Origin: Chloroflexota bacterium | GTDB taxonomy: Bacteria > Chloroflexota > Limnocylindria > P2-11E | NCBI GenBank assembly: GCA_013695575.1 | Contig: JACDAF010000152.1 | Span: forward strand, 1-32,057 | Length of the DNA stretch: 32,057 nt | Direction of reading: 5' to 3' | Shown: positions 16,113-23,370 of the stretch, piece by piece | Position numbering within the stretch: position 1 is the first letter of the stretch | Layout: each line of letters begins with the position of its first letter | Made by a program: the position numbers and the translations under genes | The notes under the pieces: generated by a model | The model's database searches: none | What the model was told of the DNA's origin: nothing | The model's input: only the letters and a program-made list of their open reading frames with translations

Positions 16113-17021
16113 CTAGTAGTCGATCTTCGCGTCGAGGTAGCGACGCGACAGCATCGTCAGGATGTAGATGATCACGCCGAGTGCGAACGCCATGGCGCAG
16201 GCGACGCCGACCTGGCCCTCGTCACGGAACACGTTCTGGTAGATGAGGTAGGCGACCGTGAGCGTCGACTTGAGCGGACCGCCCTGGGTCATGATCGAGA
16301 TCTGGTCGAAGACCTGGAACGTGCCGATGATCCCGAGGGCGACGACGAGGAAGATGATCGGGCGCAGCAGCGGAATGGTGATGCTGAAGAAGCGGCGCAT
16401 CGGGCCGGCGCCGTCCACCTCGGCGGCTTCGTAGATGGACCGGGGGATGTCCTGGAGTCCCGCGAGGAACACGATCATGAAGGTGGGCGCGGTCGTCCAG
16501 ACGTTGAGGCCCATGAGGGCGGGTAGCGCCGTGCGGGTGTCCTGCAGCCAGTTGTGCTGTACCGGGGTGCCGAGGAGGCTGAGGACCGAGTTCAACAGGC
16601 CGGTCGGGTGATAGATCCAGAGGAAGATCATCGAGATCACGACGGTCGAGGCGATGGACGGCGTGTACCAGGTGGAGCGGAAGAATCCCCGCCCGCGGAT
16701 CCGGGCGTCGAGCAGGACGGCCATGACGAGCGCGAAGGCGGTCTGGAGGATCGTGACGACGACGGCGTAGTACGCCGTGTTGCTGAGCGCGATCTTGAAG
16801 TCCTCGTTCTCGGGAAGGCGCGTGTAGTTCGCGAGTCCGCGGAAAGGGTTCTCGAGCGCGAGCAGGTCGTAGCGGTGCAGGCTGAACCAGAACGCGAGGA
16901 GCAGGGCGCCGGCCTGCATCACCAGGAAGAAGACGAGATACGGGAGGACGAAGACGACGCCGGCCCGCGCCTCCGAGGCGCGGACCCCGCCTCTGCGCCG
17001 CCCGGCTACAGCGACGGCCAC
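16113..17021 (-). CDS. Carbohydrate ABC transporter permease (MalF-like, CUT1)
   Basis: EAA loop IYEAAEVDGAGPMRRFFSITIPLLRP. The GTG start at 17021 is preceded by GGGAGG about 9 nt upstream on the minus strand. Confidence 0.9.
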   Translation of the reverse strand: MAVAVAGRRRGGVRASEARAGVVFVLPYLVFFLVMQAGALLLAFWFSLHRYDLLALENPFRGLANYTRLPENEDFKIALSNTAYYAVVVTILQTAFALVMAVLLDARIRGRGFFRSTWYTPSIASTVVISMIFLWIYHPTGLLNSVLSLLGTPVQHNWLQDTRTALPALMGLNVWTTAPTFMIVFLAGLQDIPRSIYEAAEVDGAGPMRRFFSITIPLLRPIIFLVVALGIIGTFQVFDQISIMTQGGPLKSTLTVAYLIYQNVFRDEGQVGVACAMAFALGVIIYILTMLSRRYLDAKIDY

Positions 17022-17071
17022 GTCGTCTCGCCTCCCTGCCGCTCTATGTCTTCGCGCCGTCGCTCACGGCG

Positions 17072-18337
17072 TCACTGCTTCAGCGCGGTATTCGCCTCCG
17101 CGACCGCCTTGTCCAGCGCCTCCTTCGGCGTCGACTTGCCCAGGAGGATCGCACCCAGCGCGTTGTTCATGGCCTCCTGGACCTTGGCCTCGTGCGGCCC
17201 GAACGTCCACGGCACTGCAAAGGTCGCACTGTCGAAAAGGACCTTCTCGTTGGCGTGCGACTGGAAGAACGGATCATTCGCGAGGTCCTTTCGGGCGGGC
17301 AGCGCGAAGCCACTCTCGAGGACCTGCTTCTGGACGTCCTTGCCGGTCATGAACTTGACGAAAAGGAAGCAGGCGTCCGCGTTCTTCGTCTTCGCGGCGC
17401 AGCCCCAGGCGTTCGTGAAGAGCAGCGTGGCCTGCTTCGCGGGGCCCGGCGGGAGCGCGAACGTGCCGTACTCGACCGCGGGATAGGTCTCCTTGAGGTA
17501 CGGGATGAGCCAGCCGCCCTCGATGACCATCGCGGCCTTCTGCTTGCCGAACGCGTCGCCGGGCCAGGTGGCGCCGAGGTTCTTCGGCAGGTCCGACGAC
17601 TTGTCCTGGAGCTGGAAGGAGGCGTAGAACGTGGCGGAGTCGACCGCGGCCTTGTCGTTGAAGACCGCGGTCTTGCCGTCCTCGCTCAGGACCTTGCCGC
17701 CCCAGGCGAACAGGAAGGCGTTCCAGCGGGCGCTGTCGTCGGCCAGGCTGATGCCCTTGACGTCGCCCTTGGTGAGCGTCTTCGCGTGCGAACGGACCTC
17801 GTCCCAGGTCTTCGGCGGCTGCAGGCCCGCCGCCGCGAACATCTTCTTGTTGTAGAAGATCGCGAGAGAGCCGAAGTCCTTCGGCAGGCCGTACAGCTTG
17901 CCGCTGTACTCCCACGGTGTGAGCAGGCTCTGCACGTACTCGTCCCTTTTCACGCCCCACTTGTTCATGAGCGGGCCGAGGTCGAGGAGCCGTCCGGCGG
18001 GAGCCGCGAAGTTCATGAGCTTCGTGCTGACGTACATGGCGTCCGGCTCGCTGCCGGCCGTCATCTGCGTCTTGATCTTGTCCTCGAACTGATCGGGAAT
18101 CTGCTCCTGCGTGACCTTGATCTTCGGGTACTTGACCATGAAGTCATCGATGTATTTCTTGACGAGGTTGTTCTCCGTGGGGTTGCCGCCCCAGTTCGCG
18201 GCGCGGATCTCGCCGGAGACATCCTGCTCGCTGCTCGCTGCCCCGCCCGGCGCCGGGCCTCCGCCGCCGGGGGTGCAGGCCGCAAGGACCACCGCCCCGA
18301 CCAGTCCGAGCGCGAGCGCTGAGCGTGATGCGAACAT
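17072..18337 (-). CDS. ABC transporter extracellular solute-binding lipoprotein (family 1, sugar type)
   Basis: MFASRSALALGLVGAVVLAAC carries a lipobox (LAAC) followed by a Gly/Pro linker, then a family-1 SBP body. I chose the ATG at 18337 because a GAGGTGG Shine-Dalgarno sits about 7 nt upstream. The track start at 18379 adds 14 aa. Confidence 0.9.
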   Translation of the reverse strand: MFASRSALALGLVGAVVLAACTPGGGGPAPGGAASSEQDVSGEIRAANWGGNPTENNLVKKYIDDFMVKYPKIKVTQEQIPDQFEDKIKTQMTAGSEPDAMYVSTKLMNFAAPAGRLLDLGPLMNKWGVKRDEYVQSLLTPWEYSGKLYGLPKDFGSLAIFYNKKMFAAAGLQPPKTWDEVRSHAKTLTKGDVKGISLADDSARWNAFLFAWGGKVLSEDGKTAVFNDKAAVDSATFYASFQLQDKSSDLPKNLGATWPGDAFGKQKAAMVIEGGWLIPYLKETYPAVEYGTFALPPGPAKQATLLFTNAWGCAAKTKNADACFLFVKFMTGKDVQKQVLESGFALPARKDLANDPFFQSHANEKVLFDSATFAVPWTFGPHEAKVQEAMNNALGAILLGKSTPKEALDKAVAEANTALKQ

Positions 18338-18379
18338 CGTGTCCACCTCTTTCACCGCATTCCACGTTGGGGAGACCAT

Positions 18380-18420
18380 CGCGCTGCGGCGGCCGGATCC
18401 CTCCGCGCTGCGGTCCGGCC
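18380..18420. repeat. Direct repeat CGCGCTGCGG x2 interleaved with inverted repeat GGCCGGA/TCCGGCC
   Basis: The direct copies are at 18380-18389 and 18404-18413. The inverted arms are at 18391-18397 and 18414-18420. All lie in the 156-bp divergent region between the sugar-binding lipoprotein gene and the response-regulator gene. Confidence 0.3.
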
Positions 18421-18493
18421 ATCGTTCTGCTCCAAAGATCGGGCGAAGTCAAGTGCTCCGAAAGCGACGCCGCCGAGTATCGTCACTGCCGGA

Positions 18494-19222
18494 ATGTCAG
18501 CAGGCAGGTCACGCGTTCGGACGCTCCGGCCACGCACGTACCAGGTCCTGGGACTCATCAGCGACGAGGCACTCGCCAAGGCGACACGCCACGCACTGGC
18601 ACATGGGGCCTACACCGTCGAGGTGGTCGCGAGCGTGGGCGCCGCTGCTGAGTTCCTCCGCCACCGTGACCCGGATCTCGCGGTCGTCGATCTCGACGTC
18701 GAGTCGGGCAGCGGGCTCGGTCTCTTCTCCCAGCCGGGCCTCCGACGCCGGATCCCGCTCATCGCGATAACCCGTTCCGGCACCCTCGACCTGAAGCTGC
18801 GGGCCTTCGAGCAGGGCGCCGACGACATCCTCAACATCCCGTTCCTGCCGGAGGAGCTCGTCGCGCGCGCAATGGCGCTGATACGCCGCACGTACGAGGA
18901 GGGGATCGAGCTCATCGCGGCCGTCCGGCTCGGCGACATGGAGGTCGACATCCTGGCGCGGACCGTCAGCATCGGCGATCGTCGAATCACGCTCAGCCCG
19001 CTCGAGCACGGTCTGCTGTGGGTCCTTGCCTCGAACGCCGGGACGGTCGTGAGCAAGGATTCCATCGAGGAGCTGCTGTGGGGCTCTGTGCTCGAAACGT
19101 CGAGCAACGTGGTCGAACAATACGTGCGCCGGCTGCGCCGGAAGCTTGGTGAGACCGCGCGACGAACGGTCCGGATCCAGACGGTGCGCGGTCGCGGCTA
19201 CCGGTTCGCCGAGCCGGTCTAG
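18494..19222 (+). CDS. OmpR/PhoB-family response regulator with an atypical receiver domain
   Basis: Receiver: VLGLISDE...DLAVVDLDVESGSG...IPLIAITRSG...GADDILNIPF. C-terminal winged helix: ITLSPLEHGLLWVLASNAGTVVSKDSIEELLWG...VVEQYVRRLRRKL...IQTVRGRGYRF. Confidence 0.8.
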   Translation: MSAGRSRVRTLRPRTYQVLGLISDEALAKATRHALAHGAYTVEVVASVGAAAEFLRHRDPDLAVVDLDVESGSGLGLFSQPGLRRRIPLIAITRSGTLDLKLRAFEQGADDILNIPFLPEELVARAMALIRRTYEEGIELIAAVRLGDMEVDILARTVSIGDRRITLSPLEHGLLWVLASNAGTVVSKDSIEELLWGSVLETSSNVVEQYVRRLRRKLGETARRTVRIQTVRGRGYRFAEPV

Positions 19223-19812
19223 AGCAGCTCTCGCGGCTCGGGCGCCAGCGACGCCCGAAGCTTTTCCAGCCCCAGCCGCACCCGGTTCTTCACCGTCCCG
19301 AGCGGTGCGCCGGTGCGCGCCGCGATCTCGCTCTGCGTGAATCCGCCCCAGTACGCGAGCTCGAGACAGCGCCGCTGCTCGGCGGGAAGCGCCGCCACGA
19401 GCGCGCGCATGCGCAGGGTCCCGAGGCGTCCGCTGACGACCTCCTCCGTGGAGCCTGGTGAGGCGACGCTGAAGGCACGGTCGAGCGCTGTTTCCGTCTC
19501 GAGGCGCTTGCCGCGGGTCCTCCGCCAGTCGATGGCGGCGTTCCGTGCGATCGCCAGCAGCCAGGTGCGCACCGCGCCGCGATCCCCGCGGTACGTCCCC
19601 GCCCCGCGCCAGACCCGGTGGAAGGCGTCCTGGCAGACCTCCTCGGCGGTTTCAGGGTTCGGCAGCATACGGTGGAGGACCGCGAAGACCAGACTCCCGT
19701 AACGGTCGTAGAGCTCGGCGAGGGCGTCGGCGTCGCGCTCCGCGAGCCGGGCGAGGAGGCCGGCATCCTCGTCAGGGGAAGGGAATCCCATCGGGGCCGG
19801 AGCGGTCGGCAT
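19219..19812 (-). CDS. ECF-type RNA polymerase sigma-70 family factor
   Basis: C-terminal 197 aa of track ORF 19219..20283. Region 2: LYDRYGSLVFAVLHRMLPNPETAEEVCQDAFHRVWRGAGTYR...VRTWLLAIARNAAIDWRR. Region 4: LPAEQRRCLELAYWGGFTQSEIAARTGAPLGTVKNRVRLGLEKLR. The start is ATG 19812 (alternative 19791). Confidence 0.85.
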   Translation of the reverse strand: MPTAPAPMGFPSPDEDAGLLARLAERDADALAELYDRYGSLVFAVLHRMLPNPETAEEVCQDAFHRVWRGAGTYRGDRGAVRTWLLAIARNAAIDWRRTRGKRLETETALDRAFSVASPGSTEEVVSGRLGTLRMRALVAALPAEQRRCLELAYWGGFTQSEIAARTGAPLGTVKNRVRLGLEKLRASLAPEPRELL

Positions 19813-19940
19813 AGGGACACCGGGGGTAGCGAAAAGGGTGCCTCGCAGGCCCAGGCTGTCTGAACTGTCAACATCTCGCCGCGCCAACGGCGACGCTACC
19901 GAAGGGGCCGCGCCTCCTCCCGAAGGTCGCGTTCCACCGA

Positions 19941-20402
19941 CTACCAGCGGTGGTACGCGGGGTGACCCGGCTTCACGGCGACGAACACGCCGCGGCAGGT
20001 CGCGGTGACGACGCCGGCGGCGCCCAAGGTCGCCTCGACGGTCGCGCGATCCTCCACGGATTCGACGACGCGCGCCTCGAGCCGCAGCGGGCGGTCCGAC
20101 GGCGTCGGCGCGCGCATCTTCACGGCGTACTCGGCGGTGACGCAGGACGGGACGTGCTCGGCGCCGGACCGGTGCATGAGATGGTCGGCGGCGGTCCAGT
20201 TCGAGTGGCAGTCGAGGAGCGCACCGACGATGCCGCCGTTCAGCACGCCGGGGAACGCCGCGTGGTGCGGCTCGGGCACCCACTCGGCGACAACGATGTC
20301 GCCTTCGACGAAGGACCGGATGCGCAGCCCCTTCGCGTTCGCGGGCCCGCAGCCGAAGCAGGTGCTCGCCGGCGCGTAGCGCTCCTGCAGTGACTCAGTC
20401 AT
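19941..20402 (-). CDS. PaaI/hotdog-fold thioesterase family protein
   Basis: MTESLQERYAPASTCFGCGPANAKGLRIRSF...FPGVLNGGIVGALLDCHSNW...VTAEYAVKMRAPTP matches the hotdog thioesterase pattern. Its ATG at 20402 overlaps the prfA stop (ATGACTGA). Confidence 0.75.
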   Translation of the reverse strand: MTESLQERYAPASTCFGCGPANAKGLRIRSFVEGDIVVAEWVPEPHHAAFPGVLNGGIVGALLDCHSNWTAADHLMHRSGAEHVPSCVTAEYAVKMRAPTPSDRPLRLEARVVESVEDRATVEATLGAAGVVTATCRGVFVAVKPGHPAYHRW

Positions 20403-21498
20403 CGTGCTCGCCGCCATCCTCGAGACGCGCGAGACGCGCGGCCTCGTCCTGCTGCGCGAGCGCCTCGAGCAGGTCGTCGAGATCGCCGTCGAGGATCCGA
20501 TCGAGCCCCGACAGGTTGTGGTCGAGCCGCCTGTCGGTGAGACGATCCTGCGGGAAGTTGTACGTGCGCATCTTCTCTGACCGCTCGCCGCGGCCGATCT
20601 GGGCCCGGCGCGCATCGCCCTCGCTGGTGTCGCGCTGCTCCTGCGCATGCGCGAGGAGCCGCGAGCGCAGCACCGCCATCGCCTTCGCCTTGTTCTTCAG
20701 CTGCGAGCGCTCGTCCTGGCAGGTGACCACGATCCCGGTCGGGAGGTGCGTGATCCGCACCGCCGAATCGGTGGTGTTCACGCCCTGGCCGCCTTTGCCG
20801 CCCGCCCGGTACACGTCGATCTTGAGGTCGGCGTCGTCGATGCGGAGATCGACCTCCTCGGCCTCCGGGAACACGGCGACCGTGGCCGTAGACGTGTGGA
20901 TGCGTCCCTGAGCCTCGGTCTGGGGCACGCGCTGGACGCGGTGGACCCCCGATTCGAACTTGAGCCGGCTGTACGCGCGGTCGCCCGCGATGCGGAAGAC
21001 GACCTCCTTGAAGCCGCCCTTCTCGGACTGGCTCTGTGAGAGCAGCTCGGTCCTCCAGCGCCTCCGCTCGGCGTAGCGCGCGTACATGCGCTGCAGGTCG
21101 GCCGCGAAGAGCGCGGCCTCCTCCCCGCCCTCGCCGCCGCGGATCTCGACCATGACGTTCTTGTCGTCGAGCGGATCCCGCGGGATGAGGAGGTGGCGCA
21201 GACGGGTCGTGAGCTCCTCGATCGCGCTTGCCGCGGCGGCCTCGTCCTCGCGCGCGAGGTCGCGGAGATCGGTGTCGTCACCGACGACCAGGCGACGCGC
21301 CTCGTCCAGCGCGGCCTCCGCACGCCGGAGCTCGGCGATCGTGTGGACCACCGGCTCGAGCTGCGCGTACTCCTGACCGACGGACCGGAGCCGCTCGCGG
21401 TCGCCCGTGACCGCGGGGTCGGACATGAGCGTGCCAAGCTCGTCGTACCGCGACACGACGCCGGCAAGCCGCTTGCGCAGCCCGGGCGAGAGCTCCAT
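20395..21498 (-). CDS. prfA: Peptide chain release factor 1
   Basis: GGQ motif (RAGGKGGQGVNTTDSAVRITHLPTG). RF1-type PxT anticodon motif (RVQRVPQTEAQGRIHTSTATV). Full length, 367 aa. Confidence 0.95.
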   Translation of the reverse strand: MELSPGLRKRLAGVVSRYDELGTLMSDPAVTGDRERLRSVGQEYAQLEPVVHTIAELRRAEAALDEARRLVVGDDTDLRDLAREDEAAAASAIEELTTRLRHLLIPRDPLDDKNVMVEIRGGEGGEEAALFAADLQRMYARYAERRRWRTELLSQSQSEKGGFKEVVFRIAGDRAYSRLKFESGVHRVQRVPQTEAQGRIHTSTATVAVFPEAEEVDLRIDDADLKIDVYRAGGKGGQGVNTTDSAVRITHLPTGIVVTCQDERSQLKNKAKAMAVLRSRLLAHAQEQRDTSEGDARRAQIGRGERSEKMRTYNFPQDRLTDRRLDHNLSGLDRILDGDLDDLLEALAQQDEAARLARLEDGGEHDD

Positions 21499-21499
21499 C

Positions 21500-22423
21500 T
21501 CAGTCCGCCCCGGCCTGCGCGTCGCCCGCGAGCGCCTCCTCGAGCGAGGCGATCGCGACCTCCAGCATCGGCTCCTCCGGCCGCCGCGTCGTGATCCGCT
21601 GCAGGAAGAGTCCCGGGACGACGATGAGCCGCATCAGCGGGTTGCGCTCGTTGCGGGCACCGAGCTTGAGCACCTCGTATGACGCGGCCGCGACCGGCAG
21701 CACGAGCGAGAGGCGAACGGCGAGATCGACGATGACGTTGATGCGCGGGATGAACGCGAACGACGCGATGGCGATGACCACCACGAGCAGCAGGAACGCC
21801 GTGCCACAGCGCGGATGCGCCGTCGGATACGGACGGACGTGCGCCGGGTCGAGCGGGTCGCCGTGCTCGAATGCGTGGATCGTCATGTGCTCGGCGCCGT
21901 GGTACGCGAACACCCTGCGGATCTCCGGCAGGAGCGAGATCGCACCCAGGTACCCAAGGAACAGCACGAGACGCAATGCTCCCTCGGCGAGGTTCACGAC
22001 CAGATCCCGCTCGCCGAGCAGACCGCGGACGAGCTGCGTCGCGAGGTACGGGACGCCGATGAAGATGACGAGCGCAAAGAGGAACGCGACGCCCATGACG
22101 GCGCTGTTCCCGCCCTTCCCAAGCCGCTCCTCCTCGGCGAGCTGGAGATCGGCGGACTTCATCAGCATCCGCATCCCGTGGGAGAGCGATTCCCAGAGCA
22201 CCACGATCCCCCGCACGAGCGGCCAGCGGGCAGGCCCCGGGCGGAGCAGCGGCGAGCGCAGCGCCTCGCGGTAGCGGTAGATCTCGCCATTCGGGAGCCG
22301 GCAGGCGAGCGAGAGCGTGCGCTTGCCGCGAATGACGACACCCTCGATGACAGCCTGCCCGCCGTAGGTGTTCTCGCCCGCTCGGCCCCCGCCGGCCGAG
22401 CCTGCCCCACCGGACGGTCTCAA
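21500..22423 (-). CDS. DUF1385-family membrane protein (YqhQ-like)
   Basis: YGGQAVIEGVVIRG is the hallmark N-terminal block of DUF1385. It is followed by AYHGAEHM and several TM segments. The only available start in frame is TTG 22423. The stop lies 1 nt before the prfA start. Confidence 0.8.
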   Translation of the reverse strand: MRPSGGAGSAGGGRAGENTYGGQAVIEGVVIRGKRTLSLACRLPNGEIYRYREALRSPLLRPGPARWPLVRGIVVLWESLSHGMRMLMKSADLQLAEEERLGKGGNSAVMGVAFLFALVIFIGVPYLATQLVRGLLGERDLVVNLAEGALRLVLFLGYLGAISLLPEIRRVFAYHGAEHMTIHAFEHGDPLDPAHVRPYPTAHPRCGTAFLLLVVVIAIASFAFIPRINVIVDLAVRLSLVLPVAAASYEVLKLGARNERNPLMRLIVVPGLFLQRITTRRPEEPMLEVAIASLEEALAGDAQAGAD

Positions 22424-22492
22424 CCTGCGGTCACCGACATGCTCCCGACGACGACCTCGAGGCCGGCCTGGGATGCGAGACCTCGCATGCCG

Positions 22493-22732
22493 CTAGCGGG
22501 CGGGAGCGGCCTCCGCGGAGGGCGCTGTCTCGGTCTTCTTCGCGTAGCGCTTGTTGAAGCGCTCGACGCGACCCTGGATATCCATCAGATGCTGCTTGCC
22601 CGTGAAGAACGGGTGGCACTTCGCGCACACCTCGACGTGCAGCTCCGGCTTGATCGATCCCGTGATGAAGCTGTTGCCGCACGCGCAGACGACCTTGGCC
22701 TGCACGTATTTCGGGTGGATCTTCTCTTTCAC
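22493..22732 (-). CDS. rpmE: 50S ribosomal protein L31, Zn-ribbon type A
   Basis: [26 protein letters not shown]...[15 protein letters not shown]. The CxC...CxxC and HPFFTGKQ blocks are present. The GTG start overlaps the rpmA TGA (GTGA). Confidence 0.95.
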   Translation of the reverse strand: MKEKIHPKYVQAKVVCACGNSFITGSIKPELHVEVCAKCHPFFTGKQHLMDIQGRVERFNKRYAKKTETAPSAEAAPAR

Positions 22733-23010
22733 GCGACGATCCTCTCATCCGGGATCCCATCTGGGATCACGTTCACCTTGCGGCGATCGTCGCGAGCCGG
22801 CGAGTACCGCACGGTGCCGGCGACGAGCGCGAACAGCGTGTGATCCTTGCCCACGCCGACGTTCTGCCCCGGAAGCAGCTTCGTCCCACGCTGACGGACG
22901 AGGACCGCGCCGGCGTCGATGCGCGCGCCCGCCCACTCCTTCACACCGAGCCGCTGCCCGGCGGAGTCACGGCCGTTGCGGGTGGACCCGCCGCCCTTCT
23001 TGTGTGCCAT
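22729..23010 (-). CDS. rpmA: 50S ribosomal protein L27
   Basis: [28 protein letters not shown]...[25 protein letters not shown]. The ATG at 23010 lies inside track ORF 22729..23082. Confidence 0.95.
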   Translation of the reverse strand: MAHKKGGGSTRNGRDSAGQRLGVKEWAGARIDAGAVLVRQRGTKLLPGQNVGVGKDHTLFALVAGTVRYSPARDDRRKVNVIPDGIPDERIVA

Positions 23011-23014
23011 CTCT

Positions 23015-23326
23015 CTAGACCTCGATCTTCGTGATGCGAAGCGTGGTGGACTTCGCACGCGAGCCCATCGTCTTCCGCGCACGCGTCTTGTTCTTGTACC
23101 GGAACACGGTGATCTTCTCGCCCTTGCCGTGCCCGACGATCTCAGCGATCACCGACGCCGACCCTGGCGCGCGGACCTCGTCACCATCGGCGACCATGAG
23201 CACCTCGTCGAGCGTGACGGTCGAGCCGGGATCCCCGGAGACCGACGCGACGGTGATGACGGCACCCTCTTCGACGCGATACTGCTTGCCACCTGAGCGG
23301 ACGACTGCGAACACAGGACCGACCAT
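23015..23326 (-). CDS. rplU: 50S ribosomal protein L21
   Basis: [17 protein letters not shown]...[33 protein letters not shown]. The start is ATG 23326 or in-frame GTG 23314. Neither has a clear Shine-Dalgarno. Confidence 0.9.
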   Translation of the reverse strand: MVGPVFAVVRSGGKQYRVEEGAVITVASVSGDPGSTVTLDEVLMVADGDEVRAPGSASVIAEIVGHGKGEKITVFRYKNKTRARKTMGSRAKSTTLRITKIEV

Positions 23327-23330
23327 CCGG

Positions 23331-23360
23331 ACACAAAAATTGCCGCGCCACAGGCGCGAC
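23331..23360 (-). terminator. Terminator/attenuator-like hairpin plus U-tract in the rplU 5' leader
   Basis: The minus-strand RNA reads GUCGCGCC-UGU-GGCGCGGC-AAUUUUUGUGU. It ends 4 nt before the rplU ATG at 23326. This is the most A/T-rich run in the neighbourhood. Confidence 0.3.
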
Positions 23361-23370
23361 GTGGGAGACA

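Noticed and set aside
19866-19871. Perfect TTGACA (minus strand) upstream of the ECF sigma gene as a -35 element
   Set aside because: There is no acceptable -10 hexamer at 16-19 bp spacing. I also found no GGAAC...CGTT ECF-type pair with correct spacing, so it is not reported as a promoter.
19813-20283. 157-codon upstream extension of the ECF sigma ORF, running through the thioesterase gene
   Set aside because: It is an Arg-rich translation that overlaps the thioesterase coding frame. The sigma region 2 homology begins only after the ATG at 19812.
20395-21498. Possible programmed +1 frameshift, as in release-factor genes
   Set aside because: The frameshift is a feature of prfB (RF2). This gene has the RF1 PxT motif and a single uninterrupted frame.
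22473-22488. Short hairpin ATGCGAG/CTCGCAT just after the rpmE stop
   Set aside because: It has only 6-7 bp, a 2-4-nt loop and no U-tract. That is too weak to call a terminator or attenuator.
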